A stretch of 64,000 nucleotides of DNA from Octopus bimaculoides (Eukaryota). The DNA is taken from NCBI RefSeq assembly GCF_001194135.2, contig NC_068985.1, positions 84,337,363 through 84,401,362 on the forward strand. The letters are read 5' to 3'. The translations under genes and the position numbers were made by a program. Below the pieces are notes generated by a model. The model searched no databases and was not told where the DNA came from. It saw only the letters and a program-made list of their open reading frames with translations. Positions 12,852 to 24,758 of the stretch are shown here, piece after piece; within the stretch, counting starts at the first letter, position 1; each line of letters begins with the position of its first letter.

Positions 12852-13060
12852 ATTCTGTTGTGTCTGGGGAGAGTCATTTTCTTATTGTGCCTTAAAATTT
12901 AACACACTCACTGTTAAAATTTCCACTTATTTCTTATTTTTGCAAGACGCAATGAAAATTTTAGGAAAATAAAAATAAGAAATAAGTGGAAATTTTAATG
13001 GTGAGTGTGTTAAATTTTAAGGCACAATAAGAAAATGACTCTCCCCAGACACAACAGAAT
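12852..13060. repeat. foldback: 90-bp inverted arms with 29-nt spacer
   Basis: 12852-12941 vs reverse complement of 12971-13060 = 88/90 identical. An older diverged piece of the same repeat lies at 22826-22918. Confidence 0.95.
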
Positions 13061-13412
13061 TGTCTCTATGTATTAGCAGTTATATCAGTGGTATAACTGG
13101 ATGAGTTGTCTGGGCTTGAAAACCTTGGAAGACAACCAGACTAGGAGAAGGAGATTGTGAGTTCCTGAGAAAAAGCAAAGGCTAATGGACAGTCATCAAG
13201 TCACAAAAGAACTCTGGTCCCACCAATCCTATTTATTCCAAACAGAGCTTGAAGACGCAATGAATGTCTGGAGACTTAGCTCTCTGCCATAATGATGGGA
13301 ATATTCATTTATTCATTCATATTTTGGACAACATAAGCCAGTGTTTTTCTTTGTCTTTATTGTTCTTAAAAAAAGATGATAGGGTGTGATCTGAATAAAA
13401 TTTTCTGCTAAG

Positions 13413-13589
13413 CACAGGAGTGCCTGTGTGGTAAGCAGCTTGCTTACCAACCACATGGTTTTGGGTTCAGTCCCACTGTGTGGCACCTCGGGCAAGTGTC
13501 TTCTACTATAGCCTAGGGCCAACCAAAGCCTTGTGAGTGGATTTGGTAGATGGAAACTGAAAGAAGCCCGTCGTATATATGTGTGTGTG

Positions 13590-13622
<33 letters not shown>

Positions 13623-13850
13623 GTAAATATATATATATATATATATGTTTATATATATGTATGTGTGTGTATATGTCTGTGTGTCTATGTTTGTCCCCCC
13701 AACATCACTTGGCAACCGATGCTGGTGTGTCTAGCAGTTCAGCAAAAGTGACTGATAGAATAAGTACTAGGCTTACAAAGAATAAGTCCTGGAGTCAATT
13801 TGGTGCCCCAGCATGGCTGCAGTCAAATGACTGAAACAAGTAAAAGAGTA
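13413..13850 (+). mobile_element. SINE family A copy (well preserved)
   Basis: Same head/core/microsatellite/tail layout as the 12100 copy; ends gactgaaacaagtaaaagagta. Confidence 0.9.
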
Positions 13851-15703
13851 TCTCTATCAGATCAAATAATCATATGGAAACCCTCATATTAGCTTGCAGT
13901 AACTGTTCTTGTAATGGTTACTGCTGTTGCTGTTGTTGGTTGCAGTAGTAGTGAAATAGTAATTATTGTTGTGACAGTGTAGTTGTTAACAAATTTGTCT
14001 CATCTCATCATATTCTTTAACAACAAACCATCAAACTTCATCATATCTTTGCCTGTTCAAGATAGAAATATTCTTTATATCTATTCAACAGCCTTCATTA
14101 ATAGACCAAAAAACTTGCTTTAACTTTCTTTTCTGTTTTTCTGATACTTTTTTCCTTCTTTCTTTTTCTTCATTTTCCTCTAATCATTTTTCACTTACAA
14201 TTATATTTCCTTGAAATTAATTCCTTAAATACTTAAACAATGCTACTACCCATAATAAAATGGCTGATTTAACAAATCATTCACAAAGTTGATAACTTTG
14301 TAAAACCACCATTTTTCCTTACTTTGCATCTATTTTTTTTTTTCTCATTTTTCTTTTTGCTATTTCCATTTCCAAGATGTCAGATCAACAAAATATAAAA
14401 GCAAAACCAAGGACAATCATGTTTCTGGTTTCGATTTCTCTTGTAATTCTCCACCTCCTTTAATATATATATTTTTTTTAATTTCTAATTTTTAATTCTT
14501 CCTAATGTCTTCCCCTCTCACACCAAAATAAGGTGTTGTTTCGGTTATTTTCCTCAAAACTCCTAGACTATCCACCCTTTTTGTCTCTCCATTAATACTC
14601 AGTTCATTTCTGATAAATTTTTATTTTTCACTTACTAAAGAATTAACACATGTGGTAAAGAAAAAGGAAATGCATAAAAAAAATTTTGTTTCTTGATTTT
14701 TTTCAACAAAAAATCATTCTTTTATTTTTATTTCAGTTTTAATTATTATTTATTTTTTTTACTTGAATCAATCATCCACATATTTTTCCATTTCAAAACC
14801 AATAAATATTGACAATGTTTCTTTGAAATTACAGATCCTGATATCAGTAACAACTTGTAATTAGCATATTTAATTTTTTTTTTTTCCCTTTTCTTTTTTT
14901 TGCCTCAAAAAAAAAAAAAAATTATCTCCGATTTGCATCATTCAAAACATTTCAGCCATCATTACTATTACAGAAATACACCGGCACTACCAAAGATTTC
15001 TATCGGTAGCAAGTTATGATTATCACATACAACATATTTATTTATTAGTTTATTCATTTGAGTTGCTTATTATTGTTGTTGTTCTTCTCTTCTCATTCTT
15101 GTTTATGTGTTCATTTCTTTTTTTGTAAAATCTTTGGCTAGTTCTTCTTTCATTAATATTTTTTTATATATATATTTCTCCAGAATCTTCCACTCTTCTC
15201 CCTTTACCCTACATGTCCTTTCTTTATACACCAGATAATATTCTTTACAATGTCTGCAGTTTCCATATTTCAAAAATTCTTTGGAAACTATTAATTTTTT
15301 TTCCTCCCATCCCTTCCACAAAATCTTTGAAACCAATGATTATCATCTTATGTGTTCTTTTGTGATTTGATCTTTTATAATGGTACAATCTTGTTGGCAC
15401 ATATTCATTCAGAGAGAAAGAATTGATCCTTAGGAAAGAGAGACATAGAGAGAGAGAAAGAAAGAGAGAGTATAAGTGTGTATGTGTGGGAGTGTGAGAT
15501 ATAACTATGGCTCTGAAGTTCGATGACATTGTAAACCATGGTTTGTCAAGCCTTCCTGCAAGGTACTGCTTCCATTGTGCACCTGTATTGATGTACGACA
15601 TGAAAAAATATTGACTTCATAGAAATATGGTAACATTCTTCCATTCAAAAATCTTTCCTCATCAAAAAGAGGCATTTTCATCTCTGAATAAGCATGATTT
15701 TTA

Positions 15704-15709
<6 letters not shown>

Positions 15710-15797
<88 letters not shown>

Positions 15798-15976
15798 CAT
15801 ATATATATGTACACATATACGTATGTGTGTGTGTGTGTGGGTATATATACATGCATTTATATATAATACATCTACATATATATATATAAATGTGTATATA
15901 TATATATATATATATNNNNNNNNNNGGGTATATATACATGCATTTATATATAATACATCTACATATATATATATAA

Positions 15977-16019
<43 letters not shown>

Positions 16020-16060
16020 TACATGTATGTGCGTTTATATATATAATAAATATACATGTG
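15710..16060. repeat. (TA)n/(CA)n mosaic with a duplication across a small gap
   Basis: gggtatatatacatgcatttatatataatacatctac occurs at about 15840 and 15926 either side of 10 Ns; probably assembly overlap. Confidence 0.8.
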
Positions 16061-16219
16061 AGTGTATACAGATTTTTAAAAAATAATTTTGTGTAAGCTT
16101 TCTTGCTTGCCCAACTTTCTCAATAAATTATACTTTGTATTTCACAGCAAATACACTGAAAAGAATGATGGCAAAACATATAATAGCTAGTATACTTCAA
16201 TTCATCCTTGTCATCACAG

Positions 16220-16256
<37 letters not shown>

Positions 16257-16369
16257 ATTTGTTATCTGCGTTGTGATGTTGTTATATATACATTTTGTTT
16301 ATTTATTCTGTTTATTGTTGTTGTTGTCCTTTCCCTCTCCCCACTCTCTCTTCTCCTTTCTTCGAATTT

Positions 16370-16870
16370 TCCTTTTGTTGGCGTTGTAGTTGTCGTCAAC
16401 CGTTTCCTCTTGTCCTTTGTTCTTCATCATCTACGACCTTTTATGGCTGACACAATTGGGCGTAAGAAGCAGGTGGCAGCGATGATGGTTATATGTTGGT
16501 AGTGCTGAGAGAGAGAGAGAGAGAGAGGTGGTAATACAGTGGTGGTGGAAAGAGGAGAGAAGAAAATTCAGGCAATCACGATTGTATCTTCCTGTTACCT
16601 TTCATTTTCTATAACAGAAATTTGTAAAAGCAGTTTAAACGCAAAATTCTTACATCACTTACATCGTTCCCTTCCACACTTGGTCGTCATGACTCGATTT
16701 TTTCTTCTTTTTTTTTTGCTATTTCTTTATTATAATAGCAGCCAACGAGCACCTATATTTTCATCACGCTTTTTGTTTCAAGTAAGGAAATCTACTTTGT
16801 GGTTCTGAAAGTCAGTACGTCGCACGTCGTAGCACAAGACTGACATTCTTTAACCCCGAAATGTCAACTG
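16370..16870. promoter_or_regulatory. candidate promoter / first-exon region
   Basis: About 19 CpG in 500 bp by hand count versus about 2 in 14100-14600. CT-rich leader, tandem ACGTCG motifs (16817, 16824) inside GTCAGT/ACTGAC inverted ends, donor-like sites on both strands; lies in a ~3.4 kb SINE-free stretch. Confidence 0.35.
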
Positions 16871-17384
16871 CTTTTGTCAGAATCTATATTTCCAGATTTC
16901 CAATTGTGTACACAATATCAACCTGTGTCTTTTGTATTTTTATTTCTATCGGCGATGTTGATGATAAACTTTTGCAACAGTATCACATTCAGTCAAACAC
17001 TTCTTTTTTATATTTTTTGTCCTGTTTTGGTTTTCTGCTGTTTTTTTTTTTTTCATTTTTTTCATTTCTTTTTTCTGTTTTCTGTTTTCTTGAGCTTATT
17101 NNNNNNNNNNTTTTTTTTTTTTTTTTTGTAAATATCTCTTATAACAAAAGCATTTCTCCATAACTATCGTCATCACACTCCACTAACACTACAGCTACAA
17201 ATTGAAAGAAAACCTCTACATGGTTACTGGAATTGTTAGAAATAGTTGACAAATCTCCTTCAAATCAGACCCTAACAATTTGAAAAAAAAAAGAACTGAT
17301 AGATATTGAATTTAATTGTAGTATACAACAACAAATTACTGGTACTAAAAAAAAAACCCTGGTACCCCATTGGTTAAGATGGCA

Positions 17385-17640
17385 AGTGTTCAGTTGATTT
17401 GAGCACTCCACAGACATGTGTGCCTTTAATGTAGTTCTCATGGAGATTCAGTGTAACACAAAATGTGACAAAGCTGGCCTTTCAATTACAGGTACAACTC
17501 ATTTTTGCCACCTGAGTGAACTGGAGCAGCATGAAATAAAGCGTCTTGCTCAAGGACACAATGCACCTCTGAGAATTGAAATCCTGACCTTATGATTGTG
17601 AGCTGAATAGCCTTAACCACTAAACCATGTACCTTCACTA
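17385..17640 (-). mobile_element. tRNA-derived SINE family D
   Basis: Reverse complement begins gaaggtacatggtttagtggttaagg (A box), gatttcaattc (B box), then ttgtgtccttgagcaagacgcttt (CORE/V-like block). Confidence 0.8.
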
Positions 17641-18000
17641 CTACTACTACTGAGATCAAGATGGATTGGTCATGATTACTGCCATGTTCTTAATCATGGG
17701 TTTGCTCAAACAGGGCTAACATGTTTTTTGCATAAAGATTCCTTGTAACAGATGTATCTCATCAATGCTATTCACCATCATCATTGTCCGTCGTCCATAA
17801 TTAACGTCCATTTTCCATGCTAGAAGACACTTGCCCAAGATGTCACACAGTGGTGCTGAACCTGAAAACATGTGGTTGCAAAGCAAGTTTTTCCCATTCC
17901 TTGCACAAGATCTTTCAAAGCAATGATAATCGTCTTATGAGCCTTTTTATAATTTTCCAGCACCAATATAGATTTTATTATTAGAATGTCAAAAGCTGAC

Positions 18001-18332
18001 CAAATTGTTAGCACACTGGGACAAAATGCTTAGCAGCATTTTGTCTGTCTTTACATTCTGAGTTCAAATTTCACCAAGGTTGACTTTACCCTTCATCTTT
18101 GGGGCCAATAAAATAAATACCAGTGAAACACTAACTCTTCCCCAAAATTGCTGGCCTTGTGCCAAAAATTTCAAACCCTTATTATTAATTTCTTCCAGCT
18201 GAATCATTAGCATGCTGGGTGAAGGGTTTAGCAGCATTTCGTCTGTCTTTGCATTCTGTGTTCAAATTCTGTCAAGGTTGACTTTGCCTTTCGTCCTTTC
18301 AGGGTCAGTAAAATACATACCAGTTGAGCACC
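18001..18332 (+). mobile_element. two tandem SINE family B copies
   Basis: Repeated unit aaatgcttagcagcattt...ttctgagttcaaatt...aaggttgactttgcc...aataaaat...ccagt...ggccttgtgccaaaa; second copy runs into the gap. Confidence 0.8.
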
Positions 18333-19358
18333 NNNNNNNNNNNNNNNNNNNNNNNNNNNNNNNNNNNNNNNNNNNNNNNNNNNNNNNNNNNNNNNNNNNN
18401 NNNNNNNNNNNNNNNNNNNNNNNNNNNNNNNNNNNNNNNNNNNNNNNNNNNNNNNNNNNNNNNNNNNNNNNNNNNNNNNNNNNNNNNNNNNNNNNNNNNN
18501 NNNNNNNNNNNNNNNNNNNNNNNNNNNNNNNNNNNNNNNNNNNNNNNNNNNNNNNNNNNNNNNNNNNNNNNNNNNNNNNNNNNNNNNNNNNNNNNNNNNN
18601 NNNNNNNNNNNNNNNNNNNNNNNNNNNNNNNNNNNNNNNNNNNNNNNNNNNNNNNNNNNNNNNNNNNNNNNNNNNNNNNNNNNNNNNNNNNNNNNNNNNN
18701 NNNNNNNNNNNNNNNNNNNNNNNNNNNNNNNNNNNNNNNNNNNNNNNNNNNNNNNNNNNNNNNNNNNNNNNNNNNNNNNNNNNNNNNNNNNNNNNNNNNN
18801 NNNNNNNNNNNNNNNNNNNNNNNNNNNNNNNNNNNNNNNNNNNNNNNNNNNNNNNNNNNNNNNNNNNNNNNNNNNNNNNNNNNNNNNNNNNNNNNNNNNN
18901 NNNNNNNNNNNNNNNNNNNNNNNNNNNNNNNNNNNNNNNNNNNNNNNNNNNNNNNNNNNNNNNNNNNNNNNNNNNNNNNNNNNNNNNNNNNNNNNNNNNN
19001 NNNNNNNNNNNNNNNNNNNNNNNNNNNNNNNNNNNNNNNNNNNNNNNNNNNNNNNNNNNNNNNNNNNNNNNNNNNNNNNNNNNNNNNNNNNNNNNNNNNN
19101 NNNNNNNNNNNNNNNNNNNNNNNNNNNNNNNNNNNNNNNNNNNNNNNNNNNNNNNNNNNNNNNNNNNNNNNNNNNNNNNNNNNNNNNNNNNNNNNNNNNN
19201 NNNNNNNNNNNNNNNNNNNNNNNTGACAAAAATGTGGGTAGATATATATCACAGAGAAGATTATCTTAATAGTAATCTTTTCGTTTGGATTAATTGCTTA
19301 TCTTGGAGCTGTCTTGCTTTGATTTCCCCTTAAATAAAATATAGAAAAAATATAATGT

Positions 19359-19419
<61 letters not shown>

Positions 19420-20207
19420 CATATGCTTACATACATCCATACTACTACATCCATACATACATACATATACTTAAATACATCAAACATATACATACATGTG
19501 CATATGCATACATCCATTCATAGGCATAGGACTGTTCTTATTTACATTGTTTGTTTATAGGGGTGTGTGGTGGGTGAGGGTAAGAGTAGCTGTGTCAGAA
19601 TGTATGTCTATGCATATATTTGTGTATGTGTTCATGTATACATGCATGTGTGTGCATGTGTCTGTATTTGTATGTGTGTATGTTTCAACATGTACTTATG
19701 GATGTATATACACGTGTGTGTGTGTTTGTGTGTGTCTGGCTGGATGTATGTGTATGTTCATACATCAAATTTTTAATTTTTGTTATTATTATTGTTATTG
19801 AGGAAGATGGATTGGCAAAAATCATTAGATCATTGGGAAAAAAAAATGTGCTTTGCAGTATTTGTTCAAACTCTTTACATTCTGAGTTCAAACTTTGTTG
19901 AGGTCAACTTTTCTTTTCACCCCTCTGGGATGAATGCAGTAATAGTCAAGTTTTGCTCTTGTCTAATCAACTATCTCTTTCCCTAAAATTTCTGGCTTCA
20001 CACCTCTATTAGAGACAATTATCATTGGGTTATTTGCCACCTTAAATGATTATTCCAGAGCATATTCACCATCTACTTCAATTACTGCTTCCCATTTGCT
20101 TGGCAGACGGTCAAACCATCATTTAAAGACGTTTTTGTTAAATATTGTTATTGTTTTTGTTGAATAAAATTTGTTGAAAAAAAGCTGCAATAATTATGCA
20201 CCAACCC

Positions 20208-20378
20208 AATACCTCTGCCATAGTGAAGGCAGAGGTATTGTTTTCAGTTGCATTTGTTTGTTTGTTTGTTGGTTTGTCCATGGACAAGGTATCGCAAGAA
20301 CTGCTAGATGGATTCAGATGAAACTTTCAGGGATGTTTGACATTATGACTGGCATGAACTGATTAGATTTGGGGATCT
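20208..20378 (+). mobile_element. Helentron/HINE (DINE-1-like) non-autonomous element fragment
   Basis: 5' hairpin aatacctctgcc-atagtgaa-ggcagaggtatt, then (TTTG)n microsatellite and a ggattcagatgaaactttcagg core; this order matches HINE architecture. Confidence 0.5.
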
Positions 20379-20399
20379 GTTATTACTATTCCTCAATAT

Positions 20400-20830
20400 T
20401 TCAACATTTGATAGTTTCAGATTGATTTCTACTTCATCACTTGCTTACACCTCCATATTGTTGAGGTGTGTGCAACATTGTGTATTCTTTTTTGTTGTTG
20501 GGGGAGTGCAAACTCTTTCCAGTATTGTATTGCTTTCATTTATTTTGTTATGGGGTTTTATTGCAGTTTTTTGCTATGTTAGTGTTTCTATTGTGTGTTA
20601 TGTGTGTAATGCAAGTTGTGTTCTGTTGGGTATCCAGCCTGTAGAATATATATTGTGAGGGTTGTTTATTTTATTGGATATTTACTGTTTACAGTGTTTC
20701 TTGCGTATTTGGATTACTTTATTTGGGTTTGTACTATTGAATTGATAGTGTCTTACATAGGATGTGGGCTGTTTCTAGCAGGGTTAATTTCTGGATAGTG
20801 TGTAGTGTTAAGGAACAAGCTTTGTTGGAA
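20400..20830 (-). mobile_element. R4/Dong-like non-LTR element 3' end (old)
   Basis: Minus translation LTLHTIQKLTLLETAHILCKTLSIQ* (stop 20736-20734), similar to the C-terminus at 54092; followed by an A/C-rich 3' UTR. Confidence 0.55.
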
Positions 20831-20834
20831 CTAC

Positions 20835-21127
20835 TGAAATCTTGCATGAATAGTGGGTTTGCTACCTGTAGCCTATGGTACCATGCTATTTGTTCTCTTC
20901 AAGTATCTAGTACTTTCATGATAATTCTGACCATGGCAAGGAGGAGACAAATTTTTTGCCACAGTTCTACTGACACTCTATTCCCATTTACTTTGTTTCT
21001 CTCAATATCTTTTGATACTGTCCCCAAGGTCCCAACAATAATCAGAACTATTTTCACCTTTTCCTACTTTAACAGTCAGGTTATCTCATATTCAAGTACA
21101 CATCTACTATTTCACTTTCTGTTTTAA
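20835..21127 (-). mobile_element. R4/Dong-like non-LTR element 3' end (old, different subfamily)
   Basis: Minus translation KVKIVLIIVGTLGTVSKDIERNKVNGNRVSVELWQKICLLLAMVRIIMKVLDT*, matching the V.P.VVGALG...LQK..LLGTARILRKVL end of R4-clade ORFs. Confidence 0.6.
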
Positions 21128-21229
21128 TTATCTGTGAGTCAAATGGACATGCAACATCAGGTATAGAGAACATGTGGTTTACTTTATTCACTATTGCTAA
21201 GTCTGGTAATTAATTATTCTAATTATTAT

Positions 21230-21830
21230 TAGCACTCTAGGTGAAATGCTTGGCAGCATTTTGTCCAAGGTAGACTTTGCTTTGCATCCTTTCGAGCCCA
21301 ATAAAATAAGATGCAATCAACTTACTCCATCCCACAAAATTTCAGGCCTTATGCCTGTAAGAGAAAAGACTATTATTATCATCATTATTAGCATGCTGGG
21401 CGAAATGCTTAGTGGCATTTCATCCATCTTCACATTCTGAGTTCAAATTCTGCCAAGATCAACTTCGTTTTCCATCCTTTCAAGGTCTATAAAATAAGTA
21501 TTAGTTGAATACTAAGGTCAATGTAATCAGCTTATCCTGAAATTGTTGGCCTTGTACCAAAATTTGATACCATTATTATTGTTGTTTGTAGTAATTTATT
21601 CAGTATGTGGTTAGTATGTACATTGGCAGAATCATTTGAAACTTTGGACAAAATGACTTGCAGTGTATCTTCTGATTCATTATATTCCTAGTTCAAATTC
21701 TGCCATTCAGCCCTCTAAAGTCAATCAAGTAAGTACCAAGTAATTATCAGTTACTATGGTTGATTTAATTGACTCACATATCCACCCAATATTTCAGGCC
21801 TTGTGGCTATTTTGGAAATAATTATTTAGC
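21230..21830 (+). mobile_element. three head-to-tail SINE family B copies
   Basis: Units begin at about 21230, 21390 and 21620, separated by (TTA)/(TTG) tails. Confidence 0.75.
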
Positions 21831-22764
21831 AAGTGATTGACAGGAGCAGTAGGAAGATGAGGTGAACAAAATACTTGATAGTATTTAGGTATGTCCATTG
21901 TTTGCATTCTGATTTTAAATCAGTGAGTCAGTAAAATTATCCTACCAATGAAATTTTGGGTTCGATTTAATCAACCATCCATATCTCCATGAAAAATATG
22001 ATGATGTGGATTTGGGGCTTATAATATCAGAAATCATTATTCTTTAGTACGAAATGGGAGAATGGCAATGTAAGTTTTACAGGTTGTCCTGGGTTGGAGA
22101 AATTAATTCAGTTAATATTCAGTTTGTAGACCTGGAAATCATGGCATAAAAGAAAACAAAATAGCCCTTGAATATATTTTGAATAGTAGACTTAATCTGT
22201 GGCCTGGTTAAACACCACTACTGCCTGGTCTTTGAGAGCTTTGAGCAGAGTCAACTCTGTTATAAGCAATTTGGTCAGGTCTCCAGTTTAAGGATGATTT
22301 CCTCCCTGTAAAGGGTCATGGGCACTGCTTTTTCTCCTGTCTACATGAAAAAAATAAGACCTCTAATTAGTTTCTCCACCTGCTGAAAATAGAAGCTAAA
22401 TTGCCCTCAAATCAAATGCTACTGGCCTTAAAATAATAAAAAGATACACATTGAATAATGTAACACTTGGTATATGTATCTGGAAAACACTTGGTGTTTT
22501 AGTGGTGATGGTGGTGGTGATTATCATTATAGTAAGTGTAGAAAGAGACAAGGAGAGGACACATCAGTAGAAAAGAGAATGTAGCAATCTGTCCCTCTTT
22601 GTAACCTCATCAATGACAGCCTCTCAAATCCAGATCTACTTTACATCTACCTGGCAAACTTGTAGTAATGAAAGGACAATAACAAAGCTAGCTGATTGAT
22701 TAACCAAATAACAAATCAACAGTTGATTAGTCAACTGATTAAATGGTTAACTAGTTGGCTAATG

Positions 22765-22812
22765 ATAATCAGTGAAGTGAAATATAATCAGTGAAGTGAA
22801 ATATAATCAGTG
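22765..22812. repeat. 19-bp tandem repeat, 2.5 copies
   Basis: ataatcagtgaagtgaaat twice, plus ataatcagtg. Confidence 0.95.
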
Positions 22813-22939
22813 CATGTGTTTGTTATTGGCATAATAACTCTCCTGTGATACAACAAAATTTGTTTCAACACATGGGCTGACATCAAGAACTTTGCAAACC
22901 AAATTCAAAAATTGAAATATATGTGTGTGTGCCTGTGTA

Positions 22940-22994
<55 letters not shown>

Positions 22995-23804
22995 TTTATA
23001 CACACATATCTATTGTACATTTAGAGAGAAAAAATATCAATATTCCTATTGAAGTAAAGAATGAAAATAAGAAAAAAAAAATGCCATGATTTTCTCAAGA
23101 GAAATAGTCTGGATGCATTTTGGTATTGACAAAAAAGAAAAAAAAGATAGAAAACTGGCACATAGACACAGCTTCATCAATAAATACAAATACAAAACAT
23201 AAATAATACCATTATCACCACCACCATCACCACTACCAGTGAAGGAGAACTTATGCAGTTTTTTGATCTCCGAGAAATAACTGTTAAGTTACTATCAAAT
23301 CTCAATCTACTGTTTTAAAAACAAGGTTATGTTTCAACCTAACACTAATACTTGAACAGATTTTATATAAAGGATGTATTCGTCTAGACACAACGACAGC
23401 CTAACAATATGTAAATACTGGGATGAAACTAGTATTGTATTTTATAACTGGTACTTTTGTTTTATAGTTATCAGTTTTCAGTGAGGTTTAAAGTCAGTCG
23501 AGTGTAAATTCAACTTACAACTATGGTTTCCCATTTCATGTCTATATGGTTAACAAGTTTGCTCCACAACCATGTGATTTGGGGCTTAGTCATAATTAGC
23601 AGCACCTTGGGTAAATGTAAATCACTACAGCTTGGAGCCAACCAATGACCTCTGAGTGAATTTGCTTGACAGAAACTGTATAGAAACCAGTCACTTTAGC
23701 CTAACATTCTTTATCACATCATCAAGATAAATTAACAGATTTAACAAACTATATTTTTCATTGACATTTACCATTTAGCACTGTTTGTTACAAAAACATG
23801 ATAA

Positions 23805-24079
23805 AATAACGCCTTGCTCAATGAATTAAGTTGTTCCTGGAAATCACTCATATAGTGAAAATTCGTAAAGCAAAATGATAATCTCCCATAGTAACAATGG
23901 AATTTTATGCTGTCATTTTACTCCATCACTGTGTAGATGCATTACAACCAATGTTGCCACATGTTGTACCATTGTCACACACACAAAATGGCTATTTAAC
24001 CTTTCTATATTTATCATAAAATAAAACTCATAAACCAGGTCCTTGTAAGGTGGGTCATTGTAAAGTGAGGTATTACTGT
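23805..24079. mobile_element. possible Tigger/pogo-like MITE
   Basis: Right end gtaaagtgaggtattactgta = rc TA|CAGTAATACCTCACTTTAC, a Tigger-style TIR with TA; left TIR only loosely matched. Confidence 0.3.
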
Positions 24080-24089
24080 ATATGCTTTA

Positions 24090-24640
24090 CAGGTGTGGCT
24101 GTCTGGTTAAGAAGTTTGTTTCTCAACCATTCAGTTTTGGATTCAGTTCTACTGTGTGGTACAATGGTCAAGTATTTTCTACTATAACTGAAGGCCAACC
24201 AATGCTTTGTGAATGGATTTCATAACGAATACAATGAAAAATCCCATTCCCAACATGTGCATGTGTGTGTGTCTCCATGTCTTGACATCATGCATTAATT
24301 ATAAATGAGTATCACTGTCATACAAATATTGGAAACAGATGGTGGTAGTTCAGAGATGTGGCACCAAGCCATACAAAGTTTGCCTCAATAAATTCCATCT
24401 GACCCATACAAACATGGAACAGTGGAAATTAAAATGATTGTGGCAATGGTGATGATATATGTGAAACAGTGTTTGTTTGTACACATCCCCATAACATAGC
24501 AGTTTTTGAAAAAAAAGTGGTTTACAGAATAAATATCAGGCTTAAAAATAAGTATTGGGATCAATTTGTCTCAGTAAAACCTTCTAGGCAGTGCCTCAGC
24601 ATGGCCACAGTCTAATGACTGAAACAAGTAAAAGATAAGA
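24090..24640 (+). mobile_element. SINE family A copy with internal insertion
   Basis: Head, core and tail as in other copies; about 170 bp of extra sequence at 24290-24460. Confidence 0.75.
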
Positions 24641-24758
24641 CATAACTGTGTGCATATATANNNNNNNNNNNNNNNNNNNNNNNNNNNNNNNNNNNNNNNN
24701 NNNNNNNNNNNNNNNNNNNNNNNNNNNNNNNNNNNNNNNNNNNNNNNNNNNNNNNNNA

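Noticed and set aside
15507-16502. MALKFDDIV (15507) and MADTIGRKK (16443) resembling SLC22/MFS motifs
   Set aside because: Similarity is limited to 5-6 residues each, neighbouring residues do not fit, and there is no acceptor for either; likely chance, although 15507-15562 does end at a plausible donor.
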